From: Minisyncoccota bacterium
Lineage (GTDB): Bacteria > Patescibacteriota > Minisyncoccia > Phycocordibacterales > UBA918
Direction of reading: 5' to 3'
Length of the DNA: 64,000 nucleotides
Assembly: GCA_021734905.1 (NCBI GenBank)
Contig: JAIPIB010000004.1
Coordinates: 6,743 to 70,742 of the forward strand
In this document: positions 1 to 10,163 of the stretch, one piece after another
Numbering within the stretch: the stretch's first letter is position 1
Layout of the letters: every line of letters starts with the position of its first letter
Made by a program: the position numbers and the translations under genes
Notes under the pieces: generated by a model
Told to the model about the DNA's origin: nothing
What the model saw: the letters and a program-made list of their open reading frames with translations, nothing else
Database searches by the model: none

Positions 1-128
1 CCTCGTTTCTTATTAGGATGTTTGCTTTCCATAATATATTTATAAAAATTTAAAGTGTCATATTGTTTTTTCTTTCCTAAAAAACAATATGTGTAACAAA
101 ACATAATCGTTATACTCGTATTGTTTGG

Positions 129-1217
129 TTATTTATTCATTGGCATAACAAGATACCGTAAGGATGTGTCATGAACATTTTGGATAACCATTGGGCGGCC
201 AACACCAGCACATTTTATAAGAATACTCTCATCATAAATATGTGGAACAACCTCAGCAACATATCGTTGGTTAAAATTCAAAGTAACATCGTCTCCATCA
301 ACATTTGCAGCAATTGCCTCAGTTGTTGCTCCCGCCTCTCCGCTCTGTGCTGAAAGCGTGAAAGTGCCACCTGAAATTGTTACTGTTAGTTGCATAAATT
401 TATTAAGAAAGATGTTTGTCTTTTTTAGTGCATGCGCAAGATCTTTTGTTAGCAGGGTTATTGTGGTTTTGTACTCTTTTGGAATTATTTGTTCATAATC
501 AGGAAATGTTCCACTAATTAAACGTGAAGTAATATAAATCTGTTTCGTTACTAACGCACATTGATTTTCATTTATATAAAGCTCAACATCATCTTCGTCT
601 TCCACAACGCGCGCTAATTCAAGGGCATTTTTATAAGGTATAAGAATGGAATCGTTTAAAATAAAGTTTTTTTGTGGAATTGTTTTTTCCATAAGACGGA
701 AAGAGTCAGTTGCAACAAAGGTTAGGGAGTGCTCTTTTTTTTGATGAATGTAAATACTTCCTAGTTCTGGTTTAATTGATGATTGTGATGCAGTATTTGC
801 TGTTGTTTTAATACCTAACGCAAACACTTTTCCAGTAATATGTGCTGCTTCACCAGTCACCTGTGGAATATTTGGAAAATCATCAACTGGAATACTTTTA
901 ATTTCTGTTTTTGATGTTTGTGATTCAACATGCAAAACATCTCCTTCACTAGTAAGAGTGATTGTTTGTTGTGTAATAAGATTTATTGTTTGTAAAAGAA
1001 TTTGTGCAGGAACAGCAATAACCCCTTCTTCTTCTTGTGTAACTGAAAGTTTCCCCTCAATACCAATCTCAAGATTTGTTGCTTTAATAATTAAAATGTT
1101 GTTTTTTACTTCCAAAAGAACACATTGAAGAATTGGTAGTGTTATATGTTTAGTGCTGATTTTAGAAATAATCTCAAGAAGATGTTGTAGGTCTTTTGTA
1201 TTAGTTGTTATGTGCAT
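129..1217 (-). CDS. dnaN: DNA polymerase III beta subunit (sliding clamp)
   Basis: The 362 aa product has typical DnaN N-terminal motifs (MHITTNTKDLQ...LPILQCVLLEV) and three-domain length. It lies directly downstream of dnaA on the same strand. Confidence 0.9.
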   Translation of the reverse strand: MHITTNTKDLQHLLEIISKISTKHITLPILQCVLLEVKNNILIIKATNLEIGIEGKLSVTQEEEGVIAVPAQILLQTINLITQQTITLTSEGDVLHVESQTSKTEIKSIPVDDFPNIPQVTGEAAHITGKVFALGIKTTANTASQSSIKPELGSIYIHQKKEHSLTFVATDSFRLMEKTIPQKNFILNDSILIPYKNALELARVVEDEDDVELYINENQCALVTKQIYITSRLISGTFPDYEQIIPKEYKTTITLLTKDLAHALKKTNIFLNKFMQLTVTISGGTFTLSAQSGEAGATTEAIAANVDGDDVTLNFNQRYVAEVVPHIYDESILIKCAGVGRPMVIQNVHDTSLRYLVMPMNK

Positions 1218-1254
1218 ATCTTTCTTTTAATTATTTTTTTAAAACCAATTCTTT

Positions 1255-1500
1255 ACTATTAGGGGTGTGGATGTGTGGATAGTCTGTAAGATATCCTAGA
1301 GATGTGGTATTTATTAAATCATTTTTATAACAAGAGTGTGTGTATAGAATGTGTGTGGTTAGTCAGAAAGTGTGAATAGGTAATTATTATTACTTTAATA
1401 AAAAAATTATTGTGGATTTAACTACTATAAAAAAGAAGTTATACGTAGTTATAGACAGGTGTATTATGATCTTTTTTAACACCTCTCCCCACACTATTCA
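1255..1500. promoter_or_regulatory. Candidate oriC segment with DnaA-box-like 9-mers in the AT-rich dnaA-dnaN spacer
   Basis: TGTGGATGT and TGTGGATAG sit in tandem near 1268-1285 and TGTGGTTAG near 1352. Each is 7-8/9 identical to TGTGGATAA, the complement of TTATCCACA. Long A/T runs flank them. No Z-curve or skew calculation was possible. Confidence 0.4.
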
Positions 1501-1502
1501 CA

Positions 1503-2894
1503 TTATTTAAGGAGCATTCGAATTTGAGAAATTTCTTCCTCCAACTCAGTATCCTCCTTTATTTCACGTTTAATTTTCTCACACGAATGAATAACAGTCG
1601 TATGATCCCTACCTCCCAATTTTTGACCTATTGCGGGGTATGAAACTTGAAAATCCTCACGAAGAATATACATAATAAGTTGTCGAGGTTTTACAACCTC
1701 CTTTCGGCGAGTTTTTTCATAAATACTCGCCGGCTCGATATCAAAATATCGTGCAACTTTATCCACAACATCAGAGACAGCGAGTGATTTTCGTGGACGG
1801 GTACTATTTTTAATAAGTAATTTAACCTCATCAAGCGTAAGTGTTCTTCCAAGTAGTTGAGACTGACAGAGAATTGTATTGAGTGCGCCTTCAAGTTCTC
1901 GAATATTTCCTTCAATCGTGTTCGAGAGGTGGTCAACCACATCATCGCTTAAAGTAAGGGTATTTTGGGCAGCTTTTGACTTAAGAATAGCACCACGAGA
2001 CTCAATATCAGGTTGTGGAATATCAACAATCATTCCTTGTGCAAAACGAGACTGTAAGCGCGCCTCCATATTTGACATAAGTGCAGGATGAACATCGCTT
2101 GAGAAGACAATTTGTTTATTGTTGTCGTGCATAGCATTAAAGAGATGGAAAAGTTCCTCTTGAGTTTTTTCCTTATTCATAAGGAATTGGACATCGTCCA
2201 TAATAAGAACATCGTACTGTCTATATTTATCTTTAAAACTATTAGCAGTTCCGTTTTGGAGTGAATTCATATAATCAACAGTAAAACGTTCACTTGTGAC
2301 ATAAAAAACTTTCTTCCCGACGCGCTTCAGTTGGTTTCCAACAGCTTGGATGAGGTGTGTTTTCCCATGTCCCGTTTTCCCGTAAATAAAAAGTGGGTTG
2401 TAGGCAATTCCAGGTTTGTTTACAACGGTACGAGCAGCAGCATTCGCCAACTCATTAAAAGGACCAACAACAAAAGAATCAAAAATATATTTTGGGTTGA
2501 GATTGTCGCTTTTATTGATGTAATATTCCTCAAGGGGGAGGGCTGCATTCACGGTTTGTTTTTTAGAAACCTCGTGCCGTTTATCATTACGTTGCACAAC
2601 AACATATTCAACACTTCTTGCGTGTGGAGAAAGTTCGCGGAGAGTTTTAAGGATTAAACTTTGGAATTTGTCTGACACCCAATCTCGAACAAAGACACTG
2701 GGTACCCCTAACGTAACTGTCCCATCTTCAAGAGCTACAATATGTGTGTCGCGGAACCATGTTTTAAAATTTGCTCCCGTTATAGAAAGTTCAATACTCA
2801 CCAGAGCATCATCCCACAGCTGTTTAACGTCGATTTGTTCAGTGTGAAGGATGCTTGTTGAGATATTTGAAATAGAACTCATAGTTGAAATCAC
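1503..2894 (-). CDS. dnaA: Chromosomal replication initiator DnaA
   Basis: The 463 aa product has a Walker A site (GKTGHGKTHL), a Walker B site (VLIMDDVQFL) and a C-terminal DNA-binding helix-turn-helix (QVSYPAIGQKLGGRDHTTVIHS). This is the classic DnaA architecture. Confidence 0.93.
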   Translation of the reverse strand: MISTMSSISNISTSILHTEQIDVKQLWDDALVSIELSITGANFKTWFRDTHIVALEDGTVTLGVPSVFVRDWVSDKFQSLILKTLRELSPHARSVEYVVVQRNDKRHEVSKKQTVNAALPLEEYYINKSDNLNPKYIFDSFVVGPFNELANAAARTVVNKPGIAYNPLFIYGKTGHGKTHLIQAVGNQLKRVGKKVFYVTSERFTVDYMNSLQNGTANSFKDKYRQYDVLIMDDVQFLMNKEKTQEELFHLFNAMHDNNKQIVFSSDVHPALMSNMEARLQSRFAQGMIVDIPQPDIESRGAILKSKAAQNTLTLSDDVVDHLSNTIEGNIRELEGALNTILCQSQLLGRTLTLDEVKLLIKNSTRPRKSLAVSDVVDKVARYFDIEPASIYEKTRRKEVVKPRQLIMYILREDFQVSYPAIGQKLGGRDHTTVIHSCEKIKREIKEDTELEEEISQIRMLLK

Positions 2895-3192
2895 TAAATT
2901 ACAAGAAGCATTATACTGTCCTGTGGAAAACTGTAAATACCAAATAGTAAAATGGCTTTAGTTCGTACTATCAGGCAGTACTGCTGTGTACAACATGTGG
3001 AGAACAATGTATACGCAGGACGTCAAACTAAATTTTAGTTAAAAATTAGGATTCCCTTTTAAGGGTAGGGTTTGTAGGGTAAAAATTGATAATAGGAGAA
3101 AAATGATGGGGAAAAAGAAACAAGAATTGTGTATGCTCTATGTTCTTGATTAAAAATAGGATTTAGTGTAGAGTGTGAGCCACAAACGTTAT

Positions 3193-3330
3193 ATGCCAAA
3201 ACGAACATATCAACCAAAGAAAAGAAAGAGAGCAACGACACATGGTTTTTTGGTGCGCTCTGCAACAACTCCTGGGTCTAAGGTACTTCAGGCAAGGAGA
3301 CGTAAAGGACGTGCGAAACTGAGCGTTTAG
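3193..3330 (+). CDS. rpmH: 50S ribosomal protein L34
   Basis: A 45 aa ORF, too short for the ORF track, translates to [45 protein letters not shown]. That is the canonical L34 sequence, and it sits immediately upstream of rnpA. Confidence 0.85.
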   Translation: MPKRTYQPKKRKRATTHGFLVRSATTPGSKVLQARRRKGRAKLSV

Positions 3331-3345
3331 GGTAAACTTAGAAAG

Positions 3346-3681
3346 ATGCTTCCAAAAAAAGAACGATTGAGTAGAGAAGAATTCAATCGGTTTTTTTTAT
3401 TGGGGAAAAGACACCATACGCCATCTCTTCAAATCGTGTATGTCCCCCACCCAACACTTCAGGTGTCAGTTGTTGTTTCAAAAAAGATTGCAAAATTAGC
3501 CGTTGAAAGAAATAAGATTCGGCGGCGGATTTATGATATTGTTAAGAACTGTCGGCCGGAGAAGAAGCCTCACGGAATTTTTATTTTTATAGTGAAAACA
3601 CCCGTAAGTGCGGTTCCTTATGCGGCTCTACGAGATGAAGTTGTCGCGGGAATAGATGCAGTAGGAAAGAAGTTTACTTAG
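3346..3681 (+). CDS. rnpA: RNase P protein component
   Basis: 111 aa basic protein; it sits between rpmH and yidC, which is the conserved synteny, and contains an RNase P protein-like RR motif (KIRRRIYD). Confidence 0.8.
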   Translation: MLPKKERLSREEFNRFFLLGKRHHTPSLQIVYVPHPTLQVSVVVSKKIAKLAVERNKIRRRIYDIVKNCRPEKKPHGIFIFIVKTPVSAVPYAALRDEVVAGIDAVGKKFT

Positions 3682-3706
3682 ATATAAACGTGAGGAGCAT
3701 ACACAT

Positions 3707-4453
3707 ATGAACTTTATTTGGCATTCATTTTTTTTCGATCCAATTTACAACAGCCTTGTTTTTTTTATAGATATTATTCCCGGAGGTGATGTTGGGATAG
3801 CAATTATTTTTACAGTTATTTTAGTAAAGACAATTATCCTCCCCGTTTCACTAAAAGCAGCGCGGACACAGTTTGCTATGCAAGAACTAGAACCAAAACT
3901 TACAAAGATTAAAGAAGATTTTAAAGATAAGCGTGAACTACAGGCAGTTAAGACCATGGAACTCTTTAAGGAGGCGAAGGTAAATCCTTTCTCAAGTATT
4001 CTCCTTCTCTTTATTCAAATCCCGATTGTCCTTGCTTTATATTTTTCTGTATCTCGTGGTGGAGGAACCCTCCTTCCAGCCATTAATACCGACCTTCTGT
4101 ATTCGTTTATTCCTACACCAGAGACTGTGAATATGATTTTTTTGGGAATTATGGATATAACACAGAAAAGTATGCCACTCGCACTTCTTGCTGGTGTGAC
4201 TCAGTATATTCACACAAAACTTTCTCTCCCGCCGCGAAAAGCACGTGACCCAAAAGCAGAACCAAATTTTAAAGATGATTTTGCGCACAGTATGCAGATG
4301 CAGATGCGATATGTGATGCCCGTTATTATTATTGTTGTTGCATATACAATTTCAGCAGCCATTGCACTTTATTTCACCATAAGTAATCTTATGGCAATCG
4401 CACAGGAATATGTAGTTCGACACAAGGGTCTCAAGTTGCCAATACAAAAATAA
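3707..4453 (+). CDS. yidC: Membrane protein insertase YidC/Oxa1 (short form)
   Basis: The 248 aa protein has about five transmembrane segments. It follows rnpA and has conserved YidC-like hydrophilic loops (KLTKIKEDFKDKRELQ). Confidence 0.8.
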   Translation: MNFIWHSFFFDPIYNSLVFFIDIIPGGDVGIAIIFTVILVKTIILPVSLKAARTQFAMQELEPKLTKIKEDFKDKRELQAVKTMELFKEAKVNPFSSILLLFIQIPIVLALYFSVSRGGGTLLPAINTDLLYSFIPTPETVNMIFLGIMDITQKSMPLALLAGVTQYIHTKLSLPPRKARDPKAEPNFKDDFAHSMQMQMRYVMPVIIIVVAYTISAAIALYFTISNLMAIAQEYVVRHKGLKLPIQK

Positions 4454-4631
4454 CCTGCAGGAAAGAAACGAGGTAAATCTGCGAGAGATCAAAAATACAG
4501 AAAGCGAACTCCCCCTTTCTTCCTTATCGTCCTTCTTCTCCCACCCTTCCCTTATACTGCCCACACCCCTTACTCCACCTCGTCCACGTGGACGAGGTGG
4601 AGTAATTAAAAAAAGAAAAGGAGTTTTTCGG

Positions 4632-5792
4632 TTATCGTGCAGACACTTGGGAAGCGTACATCCAAAGTGTGTTGTCGTTTTTATTTATGAAATAGAGGCT
4701 GGTTTCGTCAGAAGAAATACCGATTTTTGAGACATCTATTTCACGACCACTTTCAAGCTCAAAATTACTAATAACAGCACTCTCACCGGCTGTTGTATCA
4801 ATCCCCCAGAGAATATCGCTATAAGAAATTACTCCTTTATACCAACTGTCTGGGTTACTATTAGGAATTTCAAGGTTATACGGAGAAGCGCAGTATAAAA
4901 AGAGCTTGCCGGCCACACACTTTTCAGGGAGGATCGGTATCGAGACTTCTTCAGTCCCACCAACAATGTACGACGTTAAGCTGCCCTCTCCCGAATACGT
5001 GACAATAGGATTATCATGGAACATAAACCCCATCAGGCCTTTTTCTCCTTCTGTAACATACGCAAGCTCATCTTTGTTTATTTTGTAAATATGCCCAACA
5101 ACGCCTGCGGCTGGAGTTGTGTATACATAGATATAGTCTCCCCAAAGTACTCGGACATCCTGTAGGGGTATCGTAAAAAGTCTCGTCGCATTTGATGTTG
5201 AAAGAGTGTAAGAATAACCAGAAGAGCCAGCGTCCTCCAGTAGTCGATAAAAGATAATATTTGGAGTTTTGCCAAAAGAAATATCACGTGCTCCTTTTGG
5301 TAAAAAAGAGCCCTTGAGTGCGGTGTCACCTGAGGTTCCTGTGGGTACTGTACTTACGAGAGTATTCCTGCCCATATTTTCATAAGTACTTATTGCAACA
5401 GAAATACCGTCGAGAGAGAAGACCGCTTCTATTGCCTGTGGAATAGTTGTGGCGCTAATAAGTGACTCTGTTCCTGTGGTGAGATTGATATTGTAAATAT
5501 GTCCTGTGCCTTGTTCTACATAGAGAATTTCGTTTGATGAAGTGAAGGAGGCTCCCGCAACTGGACGAGTGGTGAGTTGACGAAGATTTTGTGGTTTACC
5601 TGCCTCAGTCTGTGGCGAGACATCAACCGTGCCCTGTGGCTGATTCAATGAAGAATTTTGGGTATCGGGGCCACCGGTAAATTTTGTAAAGATGCCACCA
5701 CTTTGAGGTGCCCCATAGATAAAGAAAAATAACCAGATAGCAGTAACGATGATGATGAGTATGCTTCCAATGATAATGTAGATTTTTTTCAT
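4632..5792 (-). CDS. Membrane-anchored extracytoplasmic protein, last gene of the T4SS-like operon
   Basis: The 386 aa product has an N-terminal transmembrane anchor (IIIGSILIIIVTAIWLFFFIY) followed by a beta-rich domain rich in Thr/Ser/Gly. It is co-oriented with the VirB4 cluster and tightly spaced from it. Confidence 0.5.
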   Translation of the reverse strand: MKKIYIIIGSILIIIVTAIWLFFFIYGAPQSGGIFTKFTGGPDTQNSSLNQPQGTVDVSPQTEAGKPQNLRQLTTRPVAGASFTSSNEILYVEQGTGHIYNINLTTGTESLISATTIPQAIEAVFSLDGISVAISTYENMGRNTLVSTVPTGTSGDTALKGSFLPKGARDISFGKTPNIIFYRLLEDAGSSGYSYTLSTSNATRLFTIPLQDVRVLWGDYIYVYTTPAAGVVGHIYKINKDELAYVTEGEKGLMGFMFHDNPIVTYSGEGSLTSYIVGGTEEVSIPILPEKCVAGKLFLYCASPYNLEIPNSNPDSWYKGVISYSDILWGIDTTAGESAVISNFELESGREIDVSKIGISSDETSLYFINKNDNTLWMYASQVSAR

Positions 5793-5795
5793 ATA

Positions 5796-6545
5796 CTAAT
5801 TATGAATAACACATTTTGTTGATCCTAAAAAACCAACTTCCACTAACATTCCAGAGGGGCAAGTCATGACACCATCCGTCTTTGTCTTATCGAAATAGAG
5901 GCACTCTGCAACACCATCAGATATTGAAAATGTACTACCTTGCCTTGCATCACATTCTGCTTTAGTATCGCTCATCTTTTGAATATTATAGGTAAGATCT
6001 TTGTTACCAGCACAACCTTCTTCTAAATGACAATATGCAATTGTTGTTTTTGTTACTCGGGTACCAGTTGGATAATTGGTAATATTTTGGTTAGACCCTG
6101 AACCCGAAGGGCCACCTCCACTTGAAATTGGTGTGGGAAGAGCTATATCTGATGCGGTTCGAAGGACATCAATATTAGTAAGATTTGGGTTAATTTCGTT
6201 CAGGACTAAGTATGGAGCGAGAAGAAGAATAAGCCCAAAGAGGACACCTTTTATATCACTTTTTGCAGATGATTTCCCCGAGACACTGTCTGTTGTGCTG
6301 TATCGGACTCCGGCCCATGAGATACGAATGACAGCAAACATAGCACCAAGCCCAATAGCTAATTTGTAGACAGCATTTATATAGTCAGGAATTGTCGCTC
6401 CAGATGTTGGAAGTCCAGGGAGCCCAACAAGAGGAGTAAAGTCAGGTGTCGCTCCATGAATAAAAACAAAAGGGAAAAAGAAAAACGAAAGTACAAAAAT
6501 TAGGAATCTCCAACAGCTATGTAATAAAGTTTGTGAAGTTTTCAT
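5796..6545 (-). CDS. VirB2/TrbC-like pilin fused to a C-terminal cysteine-rich domain
   Basis: The N-terminal ~130 aa have a signal-like segment, a hydrophobic helix (AVYKLAIGLGAMFAVIRISWAGV), a short polar loop and a second hydrophobic helix (GVLFGLILLLAPYLVL). This matches T4SS pilin topology. The C-terminal 110 aa carry six Cys residues. Confidence 0.4.
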   Translation of the reverse strand: MKTSQTLLHSCWRFLIFVLSFFFFPFVFIHGATPDFTPLVGLPGLPTSGATIPDYINAVYKLAIGLGAMFAVIRISWAGVRYSTTDSVSGKSSAKSDIKGVLFGLILLLAPYLVLNEINPNLTNIDVLRTASDIALPTPISSGGGPSGSGSNQNITNYPTGTRVTKTTIAYCHLEEGCAGNKDLTYNIQKMSDTKAECDARQGSTFSISDGVAECLYFDKTKTDGVMTCPSGMLVEVGFLGSTKCVIHN

Positions 6546-6548
6546 ATA

Positions 6549-7538
6549 TTAGTCAAAAAATAATTTGAAGGCCTTTTCTACAAATTGAGGTATCCGTTGC
6601 TTTGTGACAATACGTAGGTCAATTTCCGCAGTACCTGATTCTCCAACACGGCGTAATGTTATTGCATTCGGAAACGAAAGATCAGAGGAAGCTGGAACAT
6701 TATTAATTTTCCAAGTGAAATCAGCATCATTACTGGAAAGAGCAGTATTCATATAATATGGCTCTCCAGAGATTGTCGTCTCCTCACCAAGAAGTGAAAA
6801 AGGACTCACAAGCTCTCGTTGTGAAAGGCCACGTAATGGATTTTGTTCATAAAAATGAAGCTCTGGGGAAACAGTGATTAGAGAAATATCACCCCCTCCA
6901 ACTAGGGTACCTTTTGCATTAAAAATTTCTACCGATAAAAGACCATTGTCATAATGTGGCATCGTAAAGTCGAGCACATTTTTACCATTAACAGGGCCAC
7001 CAAAAAGAACGGAACTACCTTGAGACCATTTATAGGTGTAGGATTTTTGAGAAGCGCCAGACCCGTCATGAATAATAGCAATTGCACGGAGGGCTGAATC
7101 AGTACTTGGAAGAGCTCTTCCCTTGTAAAAAAGAGGTACGTACGTCTTTGCTTCCAAAATAAGATCAGTAACAGTTGGGGCAATTATAATTGAAGAAGTA
7201 AGTGGAAGAGACCCCGCTCGGGTAAGTGCTACTTGGACAACAACTTCTTCTCCAAGTGCCCCTGTAGTAATCGTACATGAGCGCTCATTTCGACAATGAG
7301 ATTGAGCAACATCATTTGTATACCATCGAATATATGCGCCTGTAGTTTCAAGGCTATAAGCATCAAGGGAGATTTCCACTAAAGAGTGCGGCGCGGGGAA
7401 CTGTGGGTTTGGGATAAGATTCACACCCGCAGCATTTGTAGGAAGCGACTGAGCATGAAGGAAAGATATTCCAAGCCCAAAAAATAGGAAAAGTAAGACA
7501 CTATGCCCTAAAAAACGCCATGATTGCTTCATAGACAT
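6549..7538 (-). CDS. Secreted protein with signal peptide
   Basis: Cleavable signal peptide MSMKQSWRFLGHSVLLFLFFGLGISFLHAQS. The 329 aa extracytoplasmic protein sits inside the T4SS-like operon. Confidence 0.5.
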   Translation of the reverse strand: MSMKQSWRFLGHSVLLFLFFGLGISFLHAQSLPTNAAGVNLIPNPQFPAPHSLVEISLDAYSLETTGAYIRWYTNDVAQSHCRNERSCTITTGALGEEVVVQVALTRAGSLPLTSSIIIAPTVTDLILEAKTYVPLFYKGRALPSTDSALRAIAIIHDGSGASQKSYTYKWSQGSSVLFGGPVNGKNVLDFTMPHYDNGLLSVEIFNAKGTLVGGGDISLITVSPELHFYEQNPLRGLSQRELVSPFSLLGEETTISGEPYYMNTALSSNDADFTWKINNVPASSDLSFPNAITLRRVGESGTAEIDLRIVTKQRIPQFVEKAFKLFFD

Positions 7539-7565
7539 ACCTATAGTTTATCACACGAGACAAGG

Positions 7566-8276
7566 TCAAGATTGTTCAGAACTGAATAATGACTGAAAGT
7601 TCATGTACACAACCCAGAGTATCAATGAAGGGAGTAAGTTTGTTACAGGAATAAGGCTTAATGCAATTACCAATAAGGTTATTCCTGTAGACATGCCTGT
7701 TGCAAAAGGATCATTCCCTAAAAATTTATACCAAATCCAAAAACCAAGAAAAGTTACTATCGCAATCAGAGAAGTCACTCCCCAAAATAATATTCCAATT
7801 TCTTGTGCGGGGAAAGGAGTGCTGAGATCAACAAACCAATTGAGAACTTTCCCTGTTATCGTGCTGGTACTAAAATCTTCATAGATAGAAACAAGAACGA
7901 AAGGTGTGAGGCTTAATACCCCAAAAATGAATTGCCATGTGTAACTTGTACATGCCACACCGATTCCCATCCATTTAGAAAACGAAGTAATTTTACGGGG
8001 CTTTGCGAGGCCTCCTTTTTGCATACGTGCCCTTTCAACAAGGTGCTTTGCGAAAGAACCTTTTCGTGAAGGAGAAGGAGCTTCCTCTGAAGAAGTACCT
8101 CGAAAGCGCGAGGCACCGTTTGCAGATTCTCTCCCGTCACGAAGGCTTGGGCGGGCAGACCGAAGACGTTCACTAGTGAGATGAGAACGAGCTCTATCTC
8201 CAAAACGCATCTGTGCATTTCGAATACCTCCTGTAGTATTTCGAGAGTCTTCTGTCTGTGACGAAGATTGTTCCAT
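7566..8276 (-). CDS. Membrane protein with Arg/Ser-rich disordered N-terminus and four C-terminal TM helices
   Basis: The N-terminal ~100 aa are low-complexity and Arg/Ser/Gly-rich, encoded by locally GC-rich DNA. The C-terminal half has four hydrophobic helices. Confidence 0.45.
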   Translation of the reverse strand: MEQSSSQTEDSRNTTGGIRNAQMRFGDRARSHLTSERLRSARPSLRDGRESANGASRFRGTSSEEAPSPSRKGSFAKHLVERARMQKGGLAKPRKITSFSKWMGIGVACTSYTWQFIFGVLSLTPFVLVSIYEDFSTSTITGKVLNWFVDLSTPFPAQEIGILFWGVTSLIAIVTFLGFWIWYKFLGNDPFATGMSTGITLLVIALSLIPVTNLLPSLILWVVYMNFQSLFSSEQS

Positions 8277-8280
8277 AGAG

Positions 8281-10074
8281 TTATGGTGTGCCTAAAAGTT
8301 CTGCACGAGCTTGTTTAATTTGAAGAATTTGTGAAGGATCAGAGGTGATAATTTGATCTTCAGTGTATGAGGCAATAATTTTAATAGCAACATGTTTAAG
8401 ACCGACAAAGAAGATCCCCTCCCCTACTCCCGATTCAAGAAGCATAAATTTCTCTTCATCGGTAAGGTTGAAGACATCCTTAAGAGTATCAACCGCAGTT
8501 GGCGACTGTTTCATTAAGAGCTGAATGGAGGAGTTGGTAATCATCGGAACGCCATACGGTGAACGAAGAAAATCGTCAACATCCTGTGTGATTGTGGCAA
8601 GACCAAGATAATATTTTCGACCACGTTTAGCGATATTGTGAAGGAATGCGGCTGTGTCTTCTGACTTAAGCATCCACCAAGCTTCATCTATAACGAGAAG
8701 GCGTTTTTTTAATTCACGACGGACAGCCCCCCAGATATGATTTGTAATGATGTACATCGCGATAGTTTTCAGCTCTTCTTCCATGTCACGGAGTGAGAAA
8801 ACAACAAACTTTTGGTTGATGTCGACGTTTGTTGGCTCATTCATGAATCCAGACCATGTGCCTGAGGTGTATTTTGTAAGACGTTGGACAAGAGACTCAC
8901 TTCCCTCCATTCCAGCAAGAACCATTTCAAAATCAGAGAGGAGTGGCGGAGGGAGATCGCGATAATCACCCGACCCCGTTATGTCTTTTAGTGCGTATAC
9001 TTCATGGAGAGCTGTGTCGATAATAGCGTCTTCCTCAGGAGTAAGCCCCCCAAGCATAAGTTTAAAAAGCCCCACAAGTTCAATAATGTGTGAACGAAGT
9101 AGATCTTTCGGGTTCTCATCAGGAAGAGGAACAGGAAGATCAAAGGGGTTGATATGGTGATTTGATGAGAGAGAAATATTAAAAAATCTGCCTCCAGTAG
9201 CCTGTGCAAGATATTCATATTCATGTTCAGGGTCAATGACGAGTACTTCAGTACCAAACATGAGTGATCGGAGAATTTCGAGTTTAACTGCGTACGATTT
9301 TCCAGCACCAGATGTCGCAAAGGTCACTGAGTTGTAGTTGGTGAGAGAGAAACGGTCAAAAAGAACGAGCGAGCTGTTGTGTCGATTTACACCATAGAGT
9401 ATCCCCGTGTCTGATGTGAGATCAAAGGAGGTGAATGGAAAGAAACTTGAAAGAGGAGAGGAATTGAACTTACTGTGCACCATAAGTTTGTCTGAAAGAG
9501 TAGGAATGATGCTCCTGAAACCATCTTCTTGTTGAAAGAAAGCGGGCTTTATGTAGACCAATCGAGTGTCGAGCATTCCTTTTACTTCCCCTTCAATTTT
9601 GTTGAGTTCGGCTTCAGTATCCGCGTAGAGGGCAATATAAAGTCCAACATTAAAAAGCTTTTCCTCGGCTTGCTGGAGTTTGTCTCGAAGATCCTCGAGG
9701 TTGCGGTACGCAGCATCAAGTTGCGGATCTCTAACCATCCCCTTCTCGGCACGTTCATTGATTTGACTTTGCACTTCAGCTACCTTTTTTTGGAATTTCT
9801 TCAAGGTTTCGGCGGTATCAATAGGATGAATCACAATAGAGACATCGAGCTCACGTTCAATATTTAATACTGGCTCTAACCAACCATCATTGAGGTATCG
9901 TGGGTATGAAACTGCAAAAAAGATTCTAGAAAGCTTTCCGCTAATGTTAATGCTTTTTGGATTAACGCTAATTGCAGAGGGGGCAATAACGTCAGGTAAA
10001 GAAAGTGGCGCAGAATTAACCCCCTCTTCAAGGGCACCTTTTTTATTTTGTTGTATGAAATCAAAAAGCCCCAT
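8281..10074 (-). CDS. VirB4/TrbE-family conjugation or secretion ATPase, ATPase-domain portion
   Basis: 597 aa. Walker A-like FATSGAGKSYAV, Walker B-like LLVIDEAWWML, and a VirB4-typical motif (VLVIDPEHEYEYLAQATGGRFFNISL). Confidence 0.75.
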   Translation of the reverse strand: MGLFDFIQQNKKGALEEGVNSAPLSLPDVIAPSAISVNPKSINISGKLSRIFFAVSYPRYLNDGWLEPVLNIERELDVSIVIHPIDTAETLKKFQKKVAEVQSQINERAEKGMVRDPQLDAAYRNLEDLRDKLQQAEEKLFNVGLYIALYADTEAELNKIEGEVKGMLDTRLVYIKPAFFQQEDGFRSIIPTLSDKLMVHSKFNSSPLSSFFPFTSFDLTSDTGILYGVNRHNSSLVLFDRFSLTNYNSVTFATSGAGKSYAVKLEILRSLMFGTEVLVIDPEHEYEYLAQATGGRFFNISLSSNHHINPFDLPVPLPDENPKDLLRSHIIELVGLFKLMLGGLTPEEDAIIDTALHEVYALKDITGSGDYRDLPPPLLSDFEMVLAGMEGSESLVQRLTKYTSGTWSGFMNEPTNVDINQKFVVFSLRDMEEELKTIAMYIITNHIWGAVRRELKKRLLVIDEAWWMLKSEDTAAFLHNIAKRGRKYYLGLATITQDVDDFLRSPYGVPMITNSSIQLLMKQSPTAVDTLKDVFNLTDEEKFMLLESGVGEGIFFVGLKHVAIKIIASYTEDQIITSDPSQILQIKQARAELLGTP

Positions 10075-10163
10075 AATACGTTATCTCAAAGGTTAAACAA
10101 CCAATGATGAAATGTAACTACTCATAACTATATTATACATGGTTTGCTTTGGAACAAATTCCT

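Noticed and set aside
129-353. Small plus-strand ORFs inside dnaN and elsewhere (e.g. 171-353), and many 60-100 aa ORFs antisense to long genes
   Set aside because: These are shadow ORFs fully contained in well-supported genes.
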